This document shows positions 50,289-62,249 of a stretch of 64,000 bases of DNA, one piece after another (within the stretch, counting starts at the first letter, position 1; each line of letters opens with the position of its first letter). Source of the stretch: Azolla caroliniana. Lineage: Eukaryota > Plantae > Polypodiophyta. A program made the translations under genes and the position numbers. Location of the stretch: positions 9,982,001 through 10,046,000 of the forward strand of contig JBHGNT010000015.1 of the NCBI GenBank assembly GCA_043228905.1. Reading direction: 5' to 3'. The notes beneath the pieces are model-generated. The model did not search any database. It had not been told where the DNA came from and was given only the letters and a program-made list of their open reading frames with translations.

Positions 50289-52471
50289 CAAGGAGTAAGA
50301 CACAGAGTATACGCAAATTAAATTATATTAACAAAGGAGAAAGACTCAACACAATACAAGGTGGGAGGAGGGTGCTTTATATAGTCACCCTCTCTCTTCG
50401 TTAACTACAAGACTCATGGAGCATGGGGAATGTGAAAGCTCATAAGTTATGTGTCATAGAATATGATTCTATGACTCATACTAAATGCTAGAATACAAAG
50501 TGGTGACATAATGGTGACTCTTGATTGTTGGAGTGTCTATTCACTCTCAAGGTGAGTTCACACACTAGACCAAGTTGAGCTTAATTCTCAACACGCCCCC
50601 TCAAGCTCAAGTCGGTCGGTTTCAGACGGTATCCGAAATCCGCTTCGACTCGCGTTCCGGAGTCCACGTCGACTCGTGTCGACTCACATTTATGCGGAGT
50701 TGTGGAATCTGTGCTCCAGCTTGCGTTGTGTGTAGTTGCAAAGTCTGTGCTTCGGCTTGCGTCTTTCTTCGTGGTTTTGCGCGGTAGATCTACTCTTCGC
50801 GGCTTCGTTGCGCGGTTGCGTAATCCATGCGTTATTGTGTAGTGTGTGCGGTTTGCGGAATCCATGCGTTATTGCGTAATGTGCACAGTTTGCGGAATCC
50901 ACACGTTTATTGCGTAATGTCTTCAGTATTACCCCTCAAGCTTGGCAGGTCAGGAATCATCAATCTGAGATTGGTCATGAATTGCCATAGCTTGTCGGCT
51001 CCTAAGGCTTTAGTGAAGATGTCGGCCGTTTGAAGATTGGTGCTAATGTGTTGTAGGTCGACATCGCCAGCTAGAACGCGCTCTCAGATGAAGTGATAGT
51101 GCACTTCGATGTGCTTTGTCCGCGCGTGGAACACCGGGTTTCGAGCCAGATAGATACTGCTCATGTTGTCACAGTAAAGGGAAGTCGGATCCTTGATGGG
51201 TACGCCCAGATCCTTGAGTATCCTTTTGAGCCATACAACTTCACATGTGGCCACTGCCGTGCCCCTGTATTCCGCCTCTGTGCTCGAAAGAGCGACGGTT
51301 GGTTGCTTTTTGCTGGTCCAGGGTATTGCTCCGCTGCTGAGGGAGAAAACAAATCCCGAGGTTGATCTTCTATCGGCTTTGTAGCCGGCCCAATCGGCGT
51401 CTGTGTACCCCTCGAGTCGTATGGGCATCGTGGTCTTGTGGAGGATGCCGCAATCCATTGTGCCACTCACGTATCGTAGAACTTGCTTAGCGCAATCCAA
51501 GTGAGTATCACGCGGTGTTTGCATGAATTGACTAAGGAGATTGACCGGATAACAGAGATCGGGTCGAGTGATCGTGAGGTAGATGAGACTCCCGATGAGT
51601 TGCCGATACTGAGTCGGCTCACACGCTTTGGTGCCGGAGTTCGCATCCAATTTGAGACTGCAATCGAGTGGGGTTGTCGCGGATTTGCACTCAGCCATCC
51701 CAAACTTGTATAACAAGTTGAGGATGTAGTGTCGTTGAGAGATCATGATTCCGGCCAGAGTCCGAATTACCTCGATGCTGAGAAAGTAGTGGAGCTTCTT
51801 CATGTACGTCATATCGAACTTGTCGGAATGGAGGGATTTGACCTTATTGAGTTCGACGAGATGCTCACCTCCAATGAATAGGTCATCCACATATAAGATG
51901 ATGATGATCAGACTGATGGAATCGCTTCATATGTAGAGGGAGTTGTCCGATTTTGACATATGGAAGCCGATTTGATGAAGATATTGCGTTATCTTCGAAT
52001 GCCAAGCACGTGGTGCTTGCTTGAGGACGTAGAGTGGCTTCTTGAGTCGGCATACAACTTTCGAATGGGTGCTCGAGTTGAAGCCGGGTGGTTGTATCAT
52101 GTACACCTCCTCTTCCAATTCGCCTTGTAGAAAGGCGTTCTTGACTTCCATTTGATGGAGGTGCCACCCTTTCGCCGCGGCAAGCGCAATCACGGTCCAT
52201 ACCGTCGTCATCTTTGCCACCGGGGCAAAGGTCTCTTCATAGTCAACTCCGTGCATTTGGGCGTAACCTTTCGCTACGAGTCGCGCTTTGTAGCGGTTGA
52301 CGGAACCGTCGGCGTTGTACTTCACTTTGTAAATCCATCTGCATCTGATCGCCTTTTTGTATGGTGAGGTGGGAACGAGATCCCATGTCTCGTTCTTGCG
52401 TAGTGCCTGCATCTCATCGTTCATGGCTTCGATCCATTGCGGATCCTTGGCTCCTTCGGAAAATGTTTCCG

Positions 52472-52678
52472 ATCCAAATTGATATTATTAACTTGGAAAA
52501 CAAGATAACATGGAGCAGCCCCAAAATACCACTTGGTACAAAGATGGCCCACTATAAGACACACTTCTTACATACATCAGAGGATGGATTTGTCATCAGG
52601 CCACCTTATATGGACATACATCTATCCTATGCGTTGCGTAGTGTGATAGGGCAGCTGCGAACCTCATACACGACTACC
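52472..52678 (+). mobile_element. 207-bp internal LINE-like fragment inserted into copia pol
   Basis: Encodes ...KMAHYKTHFLHTSEDGFVIRPPYMDIHLSYALRSVIGQLRTS, similar to the post-RT region of the LINE at 3940-4070. Interrupts copia VRE/PETFSEGAKDP. Confidence 0.65.
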
Positions 52679-52976
52679 CTCGCGTACTGTCACCACCTTT
52701 ATCATAAAGGCATAGTGATATGCCATGTAGTCGTTGTAGCTGAATCGGCTGACCAAATTCTTTTCACGGGTGGACTGACAGAGCTTTTCATTTGCAGAGA
52801 TGAGGGCTTTCTTAGCTCCGATTGGTACATCGAAGCCGCCGAACTCACTGTCGAGTGAGTGAGTTGACTCATCGTCGTCGAAGCGACCGTCATCGTATTC
52901 CGTCATTTTCGCCTTGCCTTTGTCCATCTTCGGGCTAGGCCGTGATGTGCTTTGATCGCTCAAAGTCTCTTGTGGT

Positions 52977-53214
52977 TTGCTCAATTGGGTCGTGATCGGA
53001 CTTTCTTCGAACATGTGCGTAAGGCAATCTTCATCCTCTATCTCTTGTTCGGCGGATTCCAAGTCGAGCGGAGTTGGAGTCGAAGTTGTCTCTGGTTGCT
53101 CAATTGGGTCGTGATCGGACTTTCTTCGAACATGTGCGTAAGGCAATCTTCATCCTCTATCTCTTGTTCAGCGGATTCCAAGTCGAGCGGAGTTGGAGTC
53201 GAAGTTGTCTCTGG
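52977..53214. repeat. 119-bp tandem duplication within copia pol
   Basis: TCAATTGGGTCGTGATCGG... starts at 52981 and 53100. The two copies are almost identical. Confidence 0.93.
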
Positions 53215-55735
53215 TGCGTACCAGGATGCGGACTCGTCCAAGACGATGTCTCGACTTACTCGAGATTTTCGAGTTGAGGGGTTGTAGCACTTGTACCCCT
53301 TTTGCTCCAGTGAGTATCCTATGAGGATACATTTCTCCGACTTCAGGTCAAGATTTTGACGTTTCTCGTCGGGGATGTGCACGTACGCTATCGCGCCGAA
53401 TATCCGGGTGTGCGATAAGTCTGGCTTCTTTCCGAAGTATTTTTCGTGCGGAGTGACCTCGTGCACTCTGGATGTTGTGCACCGGTTCATTAGGTAGGCG
53501 ACTATATTTGCCGATTCGGCCCAATATGACTTGGGCATATGCTTCTCGTTCATCATGGCCCGCGCCACTTCGAGGATGTGCTGATTTTTGCGCTCGGCTA
53601 CTCCGTTTTGTTGCGGAGTGTGTCGGCAAGTGAATTCTCGCCAAATTCCTTCCTTTCGGAGATACGCCGTAAAATCGTCCGAGAAGTACTCCTTGCCGCC
53701 ATCCGATCGAAGGCATCGTACATGTCGGCCCGTGGCTTTCTCGACTTCATTCTTGAATTTTTGGAAGTGTTCGAATACTTCACTCTTTTGCCGCATCGGG
53801 TAGATCCAAGTGTGCCTAGAGAAGTCGTTGATGAAGAGTACGTAATATCGGCATCCGCCGAATGTAGTCGTCTGTGCCGGTCCCCATACATCGGAATGGA
53901 CTATGTCGAGTAGACCTTTGCTCACGTTCCGCTCTTTTGGGAATGGGTGTCGGTGTTGCTTGCCGAATTGGCATGCTTCGCATACACCTTCAATCTCTTT
54001 CTCTTTGAAGGTCGGAAGTCCGATGATGACTCCTTTCGATTTCATTGCTTTGAGTTTGTTGAGATTGATGTGGCCGATTCGCTTGTGCCATAGCTCTATG
54101 TCGGAGTCGGCTTTCATGCCCTTTGCGAACATGGCCGATTTCATCTCGTGTGGGTCGAGAATGAACATTCGACCCTCTCTTCGTCTGCGTGCGATGAGTC
54201 GGCCCTCTTTTTCGATGAAGCAACCGCCTTGATTAAATCGAACTTGCATCCCTTGTTCTACAATTTGGCCAATGGAGACCAAATTCTTTGTAATGGTCGG
54301 TACATGCAAGTTATTTTTATTGTAATTTTGCTTACCTTCTTTTCCGAGCGAAACATTGCCGATGTGCCAAATTGGGTGCGTAGTGTCGTCTCCAGTTTCG
54401 ACATAGCCGGGTCGGTCCGGCTCTCGAAGTTCTCGGAACCATTCTTGATGCGATGTCATATGGTTCGAGGCACCGGAATCAACGAACCATACGTATTCCG
54501 GACTGGAGGCACTTGTTGAGGTAGTGGCCAACATAGAGTTTGCTCTATGTTTCATCATGAACATTCCGCCACGGTTGGAGTTGTGTGCATACATTCTGCC
54601 GCGATCTTTGTAGTCGGAGTTGTGCCCGTACATTCCGCTATACTCTTCGTAGTCGGAATTGTGTGCATAATTCGTGAGTTGTCGGCTTGTGGAAGCCGAT
54701 TCGCGCATCTTCTTTTGGCACTCTTCTTTGTGGTGGCTGACCTTTCCGCAATATCTGCATTCGGTTGTGTTTTGAGGGCTCGGGCCGGAGTGGAAGATCC
54801 CCCTTCTTGTGAAGGTTCCTCGTTGGCTTCCGTTTTGCTGCCAAAATTGGGAGTTGTTGTCGTAGGTCGGACCTCATCTGCCTTGTCCTTGGCCGAATCG
54901 GCCTCTTGCTCATCCGCATCCTCTTCCTCCGTTTGAGTGCGTGTAGAGCATGTGACCTTCCGACTCCTTGCTCCTTGTACGCACGTGGTTTTCTTCGACC
55001 AATAGCATTGATTGGAGCTTGAAGAAGGAGGGAGATTTCTCCCTTGCTAGAATGGCGGTTCGCATCGCGCCGAACCGTGGTGCGAGGCCGCTGAGGCATA
55101 TTTGCACCATCTCATCATCATCTATACTTACGCTTATCGAGCCGAGCGAGTCGCAAAGCTCCTTGATCTTCAAGGTGTATATCGTGATGGACATGTCCCT
55201 TTGTTGAAGCCTTCTTGCGGTTGTGTTCGCCGCGAACTTTCGTAGATTTTCCCATGCCTCCTTCGGCGTCTTGGCTTCGCGAATGGAGCCGAGCATGTGA
55301 TCGTGAACACATGTCGCCAAGCAATACATCACATTGTGGCTTGCTCTCATGTCGCGTATCCGGGAGCCGCTTCGGCGGGTCGGTCTTCATGATCTCTTTT
55401 GATGTAGCTCCAATAGCCTTGTCCGACAAGGTATTGGTGCATCTTGTACTCCCAAGATGCGAAGTTGTTTTGATCCAACTTCTTGGTAGGGGGAGCGCTC
55501 CCCATTTGAGTATTCATTATGTCAATTCTTCTTCTTCTTCTTCTTCTCTCTTCGAATGCGAGCTATGTAGCGAAGCTACGATAGCGATGAGCCGGTTCTT
55601 GGTCATCGGTGTAGAGCACAACACACGATCATGATGAGGCGAATGGGCTAGATCGAGCTACCAAATCGCTCTGATACCAAGTAAAGAATCGGGTAGGATT
55701 CTTGTGTAGCGGAATAGGTGTGAACTGTGTGTGTG

Positions 55736-55774
<39 letters not shown>

Positions 55775-58700
55775 CAAGGAGTAAGACACAGACTATACGC
55801 AAGTTAAATTATATTAACAAAGGAGAAAGACTCAACACAATACAAGGTGGGAGGAGGGTGCTTTATGTAGTCACCCTCTCTCTTCATTAACTACAAGACT
55901 CATGGAGCATGGGGAATGTGAAAGCTCATAAGTTATGTGTCATAGAATATGATTCTATGACTCATACTAAATGCTAGAATACAAAGTGGTGACATAATGG
56001 TGACTCTTGATTGTTGGAGTGTCTATTCACTCTCAAGGTGAGTTCACACACTAGACCAAGTTGAGCTTGATTCTCAACACTCGCGGAATATCTGTTCAAC
56101 GGCCTCCTGGTTTCTACACTGATCTGGCCTCTTGTTGAGTATCGGTTTACGCACCGATCCGGCCTCTTGTTGCGTACTGGTTTACGCACCGATTCGGCCA
56201 ATGTTGAGCTTGTATCTCAACATTCCCTCTCAAGCTCAACTTGAGGCTCTTTCGGTCCTTCGCTCCAGTTTCTCTTAACTTCACGCCTTGCTCGCGCTCC
56301 TCGACCCGTTCGATTCCGTGCGCCTCGACCCCTACGGTTGGCTTGTCTACTCGTGCAGCCTTTTCCAACTGCCTTGCTGTCACGGTGTTGGCGCCTCTTT
56401 AGCTGCCCTTTCTTCTGCTTGGCCTTCAGTTTATTCGCCGTCTCCAAATCAAACATCCGAGCCGAATCGGCTACCTCCTATTCGTCTCCGCTTTTGTCCG
56501 AATTGACTGTCTCCAATTCGTTCTCAATCTTGGCCTTCTTGCCCTTGTTGGCTTCATCTCCCCCATGCTTGGTTGGCTCTGGCTCTTTCTTTCGGCTACT
56601 GCTCTCTCATCCACTTTCAGACTCATCCACGGATCCACCTTCGGCTTCTTCAGCCGACATTAAATCGAATTCGTCATTTGATTTGGTGTCACGGTCACTT
56701 TTGCTCCTTTCTGTGGTCATGCGGGATTTTTCTCCCCCTCAAGTTCGGCACGTCGAGGTGCCGCATCCCAAGCGCACCTGAGAATTGCCGCAACTTGTCT
56801 AAACCAAGGGGCTTGGTGAAAATGTCGGCGTGCTACCGATTTGTTGAAACATACTGAAGTTCAACCTCACAAGAGAGGACACGCTCTCGGACAAAGTGGT
56901 AATGCACTTCAATGTTCTTAGTCTGGGAATGGAAGACGGGGTTCTTCGCAAGTTGGATGTTGCTGAGGTTGTCATAGTAGATCGTCGTCAGATCGGACAC
57001 CTCCACCTGCAGATCCTTAAGTAGTCGCTTCAACCATATGGCTTCGCATGTTGCTACAACCGCTCCTCGATACTTAGCCTCTGTGCTCGACAATGCAACT
57101 GTCGGGGGTTTCTTGCTACTCCACGCGATCACGGCGCTCCCAAAGGGAGAACGCGAATCCGGATGTGGATCGGAGATCACCGGCATTTCTAGCCCAGTTG
57201 GCATCCGTATAGCCGACTAGCTGCGCGACAGTACCGGTCCGATATAGTAGCCCCCGGTCCTTAGCGCCATTGACGTACCTAAGTACGCGTTGCATGCACT
57301 GAAGGTGCTCTTCGGTTGGCCACGCCATGAACTGACTAATCAAGCCGACCGGGTAAGTGAGGTTCGATCGGGTGATAGTCAAGTATATGAGGATTCCGAC
57401 AATCTGTCGGAACCTTTTCGGGTCACAGACCTTTCCGGAGTCGGGGCGAAGCTTCACGGTTCTGTCGAGAGGATTTGAGACGGACTAATAGTCCGCCATC
57501 CCAAACTTGAAGAGCATACTCAGCATGTAATGCCGTTGGCTGATCAGTATGCGTTCGGAGGCGAGGATCACTTTGATCCTGAGAAGGAAAGAAGGTCCCC
57601 CAGGTCCTTCATATCAAATGATGCCTCAAGCTAGAGCTTCACGCGGTCAATTTATCCTAGGTCGACGCTGGCGATGACCAAGTCATCAACATAAAGTAAA
57701 ATACTAACTGGCCCAAGCCGACCTTGCCGGACAAACAATGAAGAGTCTGATTTGGATGTCACAAATCCCATCCGATGCAATCGTTGCGTGATCTTCACGT
57801 TCCAGGCATGCGGGGCTTGCTTTAGTCCGTAAAGGGACTTCTTCAACCGGCATATAGCCGAAGTGTTCGGTCCAGAGTGAAATCCATGGGGATGTACCAT
57901 GTACACTTGTTCCTCAAGCTCGCCTTGCAAGAACACATTCTTTACATCCATCTGATGTAAGTGCCACCCCTTCACCGCAGCTACCGCAAGCAAAACACGG
58001 ACGATCATCATCTTCGCGACCGGCGCAAACGTCTCATCATAATCGATGCCGTGTTGATGCGCGTAGCCTTTTGCTACTAACAAGGCCTTGTATCGGTTGA
58101 CCGAGCCGTTGGTGTTGTACTTGACCTTGTACACCCACATGCATCCAATTGGCTTTACACCCTTGGGGACGTCAACGAAGTCCCTGGTTTCATTCTCCGC
58201 AAGAACGTTCATCTCTTCCTCCATGGCGGCACGCCAATTCGCGTGCTTTGCCACTTCTGCGTAGCTCTCTGGCTCACGCACTTCCGCTACGCGTGTCATG
58301 TACGCATAGTGACGTGCCATGTACTCGTTGTATCCGAACCACACAACAGGGTTCTTCTGGCGGGTAGATCGGCGTAATTGCTCATTAGCCGATGTTGAGG
58401 CCATTCTGACCGACGCGGACTTCACTCTTGAAGGCCCGTCATTGCTCTTCTCGGAGTCGGATTGGCGTCGATCCGACTCGTCCCTATCCGTACCATACTC
58501 CGACATCTTCTTCTTTCCCTTTTCTTTGTGTGTAAGCCGTCTCTTCGGCTTCCTGCGCGGGGAATGCATGGCCGAGTTTCCACTACTTGCCGACTCTTCA
58601 TCTGACTGGTCAAACCGATTCAGTCGCTCAGTCGGTCTACTTAGCTGGAATGAGATCAAGACTCTCATCTAGAGTACCGAATTCTTCATCTTCTTCTTGA

Positions 58701-61618
58701 ACCTCTCCGGGTTCACTAGCCTCATCCTTCGGAATCGGGTGTTCGTCGGGAGTTGGAGTCGGTAGGGAGTACCATGATGCCGACTCATCAAACTCGACAT
58801 CTCAACTTACTCGTACCTGTTTAGTTCGGGCATTATAACACTTATACCCCTTCGGTTCATGTGAGTAGACGATGAGTATGCACTTCTCCGATCTCAGATC
58901 CAACTTCCTCCACTTCTTATCCGGTACATGCACATATGCTATGCTACCGAATATCCGAAGGTGTCTCAAATTTGGCTTCTGCCCAAAATACAGCTCATGT
59001 GCTATCACCTCGTCCCCGATCCGGTTTTGGATGTAGATGGCCATCCGGAACGCCTCAACCCAGTAGAATTTGGGCATGCTCTTCTCTTGCAGCATTGCCC
59101 TTGCCGTGTCGACAATCGACCGGTTCTTCCTTTCGGCCACACCATTTTGTTTTGGTGTATATCGACAATTGAATTCTCTCCGAATTCCTTTTTGTTGTAG
59201 ATAACTATTGAATTGGCCAGAAAAGTATTCTTTTCCACCATCCGACCGTAGGCACTTGTGTTCCACTTTGTTTCCCTTTCGACTAAGCTTTGAAGGTTCC
59301 GGAAACAGTTGAAGACTTCACGTTTCTTCTCGATGAGGTAGATCCACGTGTGCCGGCTATAGTCATCGATGAAGGAGACGAAATACCGACTCGCACCAAG
59401 ACTAATGTTTTGTGCCGGTCCCCATACATCCGAATGGATTAGATCAAGCTTGTTACGGCTCCGGTTTCGTTCGGTGGGGAATGGAACCCGGTGTTGATTC
59501 CTGAGTTGGAAGGCTTCACATATTTGGGCCTTTCGGCCACTAAAATTCGACAATTTGAACACAACTTGTTTCGATTGCAGATCTTGAAGCCTTCGGTAGT
59601 TGACGTGGCCAATCCGCTTATGCCAGAGATCGATGTCTGATTCAATCTTCTGTCCTTTGGCAAACATGGCGGTGCCGACGTCATTTTTGTTGAGGATGAA
59701 CATCCTCCCTTCTCTGCACTCTTGCACGATTATCCGGCCTTCTTCATCAATGAAGCATCTCAGGTGCGTAAAGTACACCCACATTCCCTAGTCAACGATT
59801 TGTCCGACCGACACTAGGTTCTTTGTGATTGTCGGAATGTGTAATACGTTCATCAGCTTTCCCTTTTGTCCAACATGGTTTAAAGGGACTTCTCTGACAT
59901 ACATAATCGGGTGAGGGGTGTCGCCTCCGGTTTCGACAATTCCCGGTTGTTCCAGTTTTTCCAAAAACGAGAACCACTCTTCATGGCTTGTCATGTGGTT
60001 TGACGCTCCGGAATTAACATACCATATTTCCTCTAATCCAGAAGTGGTCTTCTTCATCAAGTTCGCCTTGTGCTTCATCACGAAGATTGACCCTTTTCTG
60101 GTTTCCCCGGTTCTGGATCCTTCCGATCCTTTGCATAGTGCGAGCTTTGTCAGTTCCCTTGTCCGGCCTTGCTTTCAGATTTATCCATATCGGCACGCTT
60201 CTTCTAGCACTTGCTCTCTGTGTGGCCTTTCTTGCCACAATACCAACATTCCATGTTCGTTTTCGACTGCAGATTTACGGCTCCGACTTGACTCCCCTTG
60301 CTTGTGGAGGGTCCGCAACTATTTTCGGCACCGTCTTTGTGGTTTCGGTTCTGCTCTTGCCGGCCGCCTCCATTGCATGCCGACCCACCTCGTCCTCCAC
60401 GCCCACAGGGTCGATCTGCCTCCGTGTACAACATCCGGCTGTTTGATTGCGTGGTTTTCTTCGACCATCAACATGGATTGTAAGTCGAAGAAGGACGGTG
60501 GCTTCTCTTGGGTGCAAATTGCCGTCCGGATTGGCGCGTACCGTTGTGCTAGACCACCAAGACAAATCTGAACCATCTCTTCTTTGTCCACCATTACATT
60601 GATGGATCAGAGTGCATCAAAGATCTCGTTAATCTTGGTGGTGTAGTCCGTAACCGACATATCTCTCTGCCAGATGTTGTTCCGCTCTTTCCGGACCTGC
60701 AACTTACGGCAAAAATCTTCCATAGATTTTCCTAGGCCTCCTTTGGCGGTTTGCATCCTTGCTGTAGCCGAGCATCTGATCGTGCACACCGGACGCGAGG
60801 CAGTACAATACTTGGCTGACTCCTTGCTCCCATGCCAGGGAGCCTTTGTGTGCCGGGTCTGGTGCTACCTCGTTGGTTCCTTCCACATAGCTCCAATATC
60901 CATGCCCCAACAGGTACTGGTGCATTTTATATGACCAAGATGCATAGTTGCTCCGGTCGAGCTTTTCTGTGGGAAGCGAACTCGCCATACCTCTGTCCAT
61001 TTTAGTTCTCTACTATTCTTCATCGGGTGTTAGGGTTTATCTTCGAAAGCATCTGTTGGCTGTACAGGAGTCTCAACCCTCGAGCTCTGATACCATGTAA
61101 AAGTTAGTGTGTGGAAGCTTGACAAAACCGGTTTAGCCGGGCAACAACAGAGAATAGAAAACACAGGTTCAATGGAAGCTTGAGAATATTTAGCATACAC
61201 GGGAGAGACAAAGAGAGAGCAGAACATAAAACTCTATTCTAGAATAATAATCCTCTGTGTACATGGAATGTGCTCAGAGAACACTTTTATACAAGTCCAT
61301 AAAGGACTGACAGAAGTACTGACAGGTACTTGAATGCTCATAAGAGCGACTATCACTGACTCCCAAAAATATGCCTATGTACTAGGCTAGATCCGTAGGC
61401 CTCTAATGGCCGATTGGTTTCAATCCGATCCGGCTCTCCAATCCGGTTCCTGATTTCAGATATCATCCGGACACTGATCTAGTTCTCCGTTCCAGATACC
61501 GATCCGGCTCCTGGTTCCAGATATCATCCGGACACCGATCCGTACCTCCGTTCTGGATACCGATCTGGCTCTGGCTTATTTAGCCGATCCAGATCTAGTT
61601 GAGCTTGCTCGCTCAACA

Positions 61619-61940
61619 CTCTTCGATGTAGCGACCAAGATGCGTGAATCGAACTTGCATTCCTTGGTCAATGATTTGTTTGACTGACACTAGGTTCTTG
61701 GTTATTGTCGGGACTCGTAGCACGTTCATGAGTTTCGCTTTCTGCCTGATGTGGCAGGGGGGAACTTCTCCGACATGTTCGATGGTATGCGGAGTGTCAC
61801 TCCTTGTTTTTCCGGTTTCTCCAAATACGAGAACCATTTCTCGTGACTCGTCATATGATTTGATGCTCCGGAGTCAACATACCACACCTCGTTCGGTTTC
61901 GAGGTGTTCACCGCCATCGAATTGGCCTTGTGCTTCATTA
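61619..61940 (-). pseudogene. Copia protease-region fragment
   Basis: MKHKANSM...WYVDSGASNHMTSHEKWF...VPTITKNLVSV...QGMQVRFTHLG. Confidence 0.85.
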
Positions 61941-62249
61941 CTTCTGCTCTCCAATTGCTTTATTTTCGCGAAATGAGCGTGTCTCAGTTACTCGGATGTT
62001 TTGTGTCCCCATTCTGATCCGTCGCCTTTTCTTGATTCCCGCGCATGCAAGTCGTGTACTATAATAGTAGTGGTACGCTGTGTGGTGCGCTTTAAATGGC
62101 TGACGTCTTTTCGTGGTGTCCGTTCCTTTTTCTTTAATGTGCCACTCTCTTATTTTTTCTTTTTTTTTTAATTACTGACAGGTGGTAGTATCTGGCGCCG
62201 CCAGATCCGGTACTGGCTCCTGGTTTCCTTTACCGGCTTCGATTCCGTC

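Larger units (their letters stand above)
50190..56079 (-). mobile_element. Structurally complete Ty1/copia family C element, coding region disrupted
   Basis: Near-identical LTRs 50190-50593 and 55680-56079. TSD CTCAC/CTCGC. PBS at 55668-55679. PPT from 50594. ORFs 53038-54708 (protease, integrase), 51927-52424 and 51084-51890 (RT, RNase H). Confidence 0.95.
49912..61618 (-). mobile_element. Ty1/copia family B element with dissimilar LTRs (3' LTR 49912-50189 plus 56085-56222; 5' LTR 61096-61618), carrying a nested family C element
   Basis: PBS at 61084-61095. gag 60704-61000, protease 59788-60081, integrase 58802-59784, RT 57652-58668, RNase H 56833-57204. PPT next to 56223. Flanks GGGTC/CTCTT do not match. 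Confidence 0.9.
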
